From NCBI GenBank assembly GCA_044236365.1, contig JBIIGQ010000002.1:1-39447 (forward strand): a DNA stretch of 39,447 nucleotides, read 5' to 3'. The stretch comes from Candidatus Limnocylindrus sp. (GTDB lineage: Bacteria > Chloroflexota > Limnocylindria > Limnocylindrales > Limnocylindraceae). The translations under genes were made by a program, and so were the position numbers. Positions 38,266 through 39,447 of the stretch are shown one piece after another. The notes below the pieces were generated by a model. It saw only the letters and a program-made list of their open reading frames with translations, was not told where the DNA came from and did not search any database. Positions within the stretch are counted from its first letter, which is position 1. Every line of letters starts with the position of its first letter.

Positions 38266-39447
<1,182 letters not shown>

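Overview
This is a GC-rich, very gene-dense piece of chromosomal core. Most intergenic gaps are under 150 nt, and many neighbouring genes share ATGA/GTGA stop-start overlaps. Gene order and protein signatures fit a high-GC Gram-positive-type lineage (Actinomycetota- or Chloroflexota-like), but I cannot place it more precisely without a database search. I can support about 40 protein-coding genes and 2 tRNAs. Plus strand, first third: carB (5' end outside the window), a small YgaP-like membrane protein, an active/inactive M16 peptidase pair, a coupled run of poorly characterised genes (PfkB-like remnant, TPR-rhomboid protease, 193-aa orphan, MBL-fold hydrolase, degenerate secretion-ATPase-like protein) and a long-form class II aldolase. 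Minus strand: a polyamine-type ABC importer operon (ATPase, binding lipoprotein, two permeases) ending in a class III aminotransferase. Then mrp/apbC, a Holin-X-like membrane-protein pair, tRNA-Leu(TAG)-tig-clpP-clpX-valS-fmdB-glyQS, an FNR-type reductase, dnaG-rpoD, tRNA-Asn(GTT), a micro-ORF plus an orphan, an orphan ParB-like gene, methylmalonyl-CoA mutase large subunit plus epimerase, sucCD, and sdhCDA (3' end outside the window). I see no transposase, integrase, CRISPR array, restriction or defence hallmark, rRNA, or long non-coding gap. I do not find a convincing previously undescribed system here. The best leads are modest: the coupled cassette of unassignable genes at 5445-9213, which includes a secretion-ATPase-like protein with a destroyed Walker A; a 713-aa primary sigma factor with a histone-like Lys/Ala/Pro tail and a Trp-rich ~190-aa insertion; an orphan ParB/CTPase-type protein with a non-canonical C-terminus; a CDS that runs into tRNA-Leu, which sits 31 nt upstream of an SD-less tig; an untracked 33-aa membrane micro-ORF after tRNA-Asn; and structured or G-tract-rich divergent promoter regions. 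All functional calls come from motif recognition by eye, with no search run.
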